From Mytilus trossulus (Eukaryota), in assembly GCF_036588685.1 (NCBI RefSeq), contig NC_086374.1, positions 31,868,001 to 31,932,000 of the forward strand: a DNA stretch of 64,000 nt, given 5' to 3'. Position numbers and translations under genes: made by a program. Below are positions 61,252-64,000 of the stretch, in pieces (the stretch's first letter is position 1; every line of letters begins with the position of its first letter). Below the pieces are notes generated by a model. The model had not been told where the DNA came from. It ran no database searches and saw only the letters and a list, made by a program, of their open reading frames with translations.

Positions 61252-64000
61252 TATCTATCAATTAAAATAAGTAGAAATAAGTAAACATTTGTATATGCCA
61301 ATTGTGATGGTTTTTTGAAAGTTTTGGTATTTTCAAATATTTGTTTGTCGATTTTCCAATTTTGACCTTTTTCAATATGCATATTTTAAAAGTATCTAAT
61401 CATTGAATCATTATAACAAGTAAGCTACATTGACGTTTTGAGTTTAGTTGTTATCAATATATATGCATCTTCAAGGATATTATAAGTTATCTACATTCAT
61501 ATCCGTAGCACCTTGAAGTATCCAAGTACACAGGGTACTGAAGGATGTTAAAATATCCATATCTACGGATATGAACGCAGACAACGAATGTATCCCCGAT
61601 CTTAGTCTAAATCTGGCGATTTTTAGAGAAATTCGACCACAAAGTCTAACGTGAAAGTAACGGTTTTTTTTCATTTTTTATATATCTTTTATTGAAATTT
61701 GGGATTTTGACATATTCTTAACGCCCCCCCCCCCCCCCCCCCCCCGGGTGTATGGTTCTACCATAGGTAGTACAGGTAGACAAATAGAACACGTTTTTAA
61801 TCTAAAGACAGAGAAAGTAAAATGGGTCGAATTTGCGCTCAAACAATTTGTGAGAGTTACATCATAGACGGTATGACGTCAACGTGGATCATTTGCATAG
61901 CTAAGTCAGCAGTCCCATTCATTGACAATGTCACAGTGGCAGAATAGTGATGCATTTACTAAAATGAGTGCAAATAATCGACATATTGAGATAAAATCGT
62001 TAGTTTGTTAAGTATCTAATTATACAGATACCATGGATTATCTACAGAAGTCGATATTTCATAAGGAACAACCATGGAACTAAGGAAAACGCGCGTGCAT
62101 TTCCCCAATGTAAAGGGTAGCAACGTCCGGGGATATGGATTAGCAACACTCAGGGGGCTATGGGTTTTGTAACGACGTGCGTTAACCAATCAAAATCCTA
62201 AAAACATACTTAGCCGGGGATAAGATACCTTATTCAAAATGGGTAACTATGTTTACATAAATACAAAACCTTTTTCGTAAAAGTATATATATATAATTCA
62301 ATAATAAAATAGGTCAAGTCCTTGATAGTTCGTGTACGGTTTCATTACGGTCCTATGAAATATGTGTGATATAATTGTGTGCCTATGTTACTCACAAATT
62401 ATACTTCAAAAGATCATTATTTCGCAAATGCATTAAATGTTGAACATAAATCTAAGATGTTACGCCTTGTCATGAGTACCAGTACCTTCGTTTTACCAAT
62501 AAGTTTGTCCATAGATAACAGGTAATTATGCAGGTTTGGTACACCCACAAACATCGAAATTCGTTCCCAAAATAAGTAAACATGCCTCAAAGAGGGCCCA
62601 TTTTCTTTTTTTGTTTTGTTTTGAATTAACATGTTATACTTAAATAGAGCATATAAAAAGAAAAAAAGTGAAGAAGCTTCAATCACAACACTTTAAGGCT
62701 TAGAAAGTATTTTATTACATTTTATTGGAATTATAACTTATGAAGCTTATTTTCAATAAGTTTATTAACTATGTAAATTCAGACTTTCGCCCACAAATTA
62801 AACATAAAGTCCTTCAGAGTTAAAGTTTTGAAAGTGCACCGACCGAGTTTACTCATCAATAAACTTCTTAAATACAAACCGTAGTTTGATAACTAGTATA
62901 TCTTTCCTTGGGTCATTACGAATACTAATGGTGATTCAGTCACTTTATGGTTCCATCCATTCAGAGTCCAGTGACGTTGACAATACTTAAATTATACATT
63001 CGAATTTGTAATTTTTTTGTTTGCAGTTTTGGAAATTGACTTCCAACAGCATTCAATTCTCAAAGCTTAAATTGAGTTTTCTGCGTCATGAGTACTAAAA
63101 TATGTACCATAGGAACAAAAAGAAACCAGTTTATTCGAACCCTCTTTTTAATGTGCGAGATGTACTCATTATACACCAATCGTCATTCTGATCAGGCGTA
63201 AATTATCATTTCCGTAAAAATATATACCAGCTATCCATCTATTTGGTTTATTTAATGAATGACTGTAATATTTGTTCTGTCTATGATAAAATAGGCAGAA
63301 AAAATGTTAGCCATTCCTTATAATTTAATTCTAAATTTCATTTTAATCAGGAGTAAATCATGAAAACACGTTAACGACGTCACAGTCACATGACAAAATT
63401 CATGTCTATGAGCTGATAGACAAAACACTGTCAGCCAATCAGAATACGTGTTACATTCAAAACTAAAGTATACGTAATTATGACTTTATACGCAATAATA
63501 GTATATCTCTGTTCAATAGTCATAAATCAATTTTACTGAAACAAATCCAAACCGAGGGATCAACTATATAAAGATGTAAACAACTTTTATTTACGTACCA
63601 GTACAGATGAAAGACCTATATCAAAATTCGTGTACAAAAGTAATATGTAAATGTTATATAGAAAGAGTCAATTCTTACCGAAGTTGTCAATCTCTTCCTT
63701 ATAGATGAACTATTATAAATTAAGGAAAAATAATTTCAAGATCGAAAGAAAGATGACAAAATATTAAATAATGATTTTTTTCCCTAATGCATGTCCTGCA
63801 TATATACCAATACGGAAATAAGACGATGGACAAGGAAATATTTTTTTTGTGGAAGTATAAAAAAATAGCTTTTATTTTAATCATTCTGAACTTAGTAATG
63901 ATTCTGTTGTATTCCTTTAAGGTAGATGGGGTGTCAAGATTATAATCCATATAATTTTTTAATAATTTGCCAAAATGTAGTTTATATTTTGCTTGTTTAT

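Noticed and set aside
61725-61745. Poly-C run (also poly-T near 34287-34314)
   Set aside because: Simple homopolymers with no further structure.

Overview
AT-rich animal genomic DNA with spliceosomal introns. The repeat families point to a bivalve, probably Mytilus (inference). A 20-exon FUBP/PSI-family KH-domain gene on the minus strand (CDS 13588-33654, about 751 aa) sits inside a cluster of six RING-B-box-like-beta-propeller (TRIM-NHL-like) paralogs. These lack a coiled coil, and one (1-502) is missing from the ORF track. The main hidden signal is in FUBP intron 10: seven near-identical 138-nt units in sense orientation that fold as box H/ACA snoRNAs. Their 3' pocket is complementary to the LSU rRNA segment UCUACUAUCUAGCGA (rRNA recalled from memory). 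The window also contains tandem and dispersed type-I hammerhead ribozyme repeats (non-LTR retrozyme type), a Transib-like MITE with RSS-heptamer-like ends and a 5-bp TSD, other MITEs, Helentron-associated-type repeats and minisatellites. All coordinates were read by hand; no searches were run.
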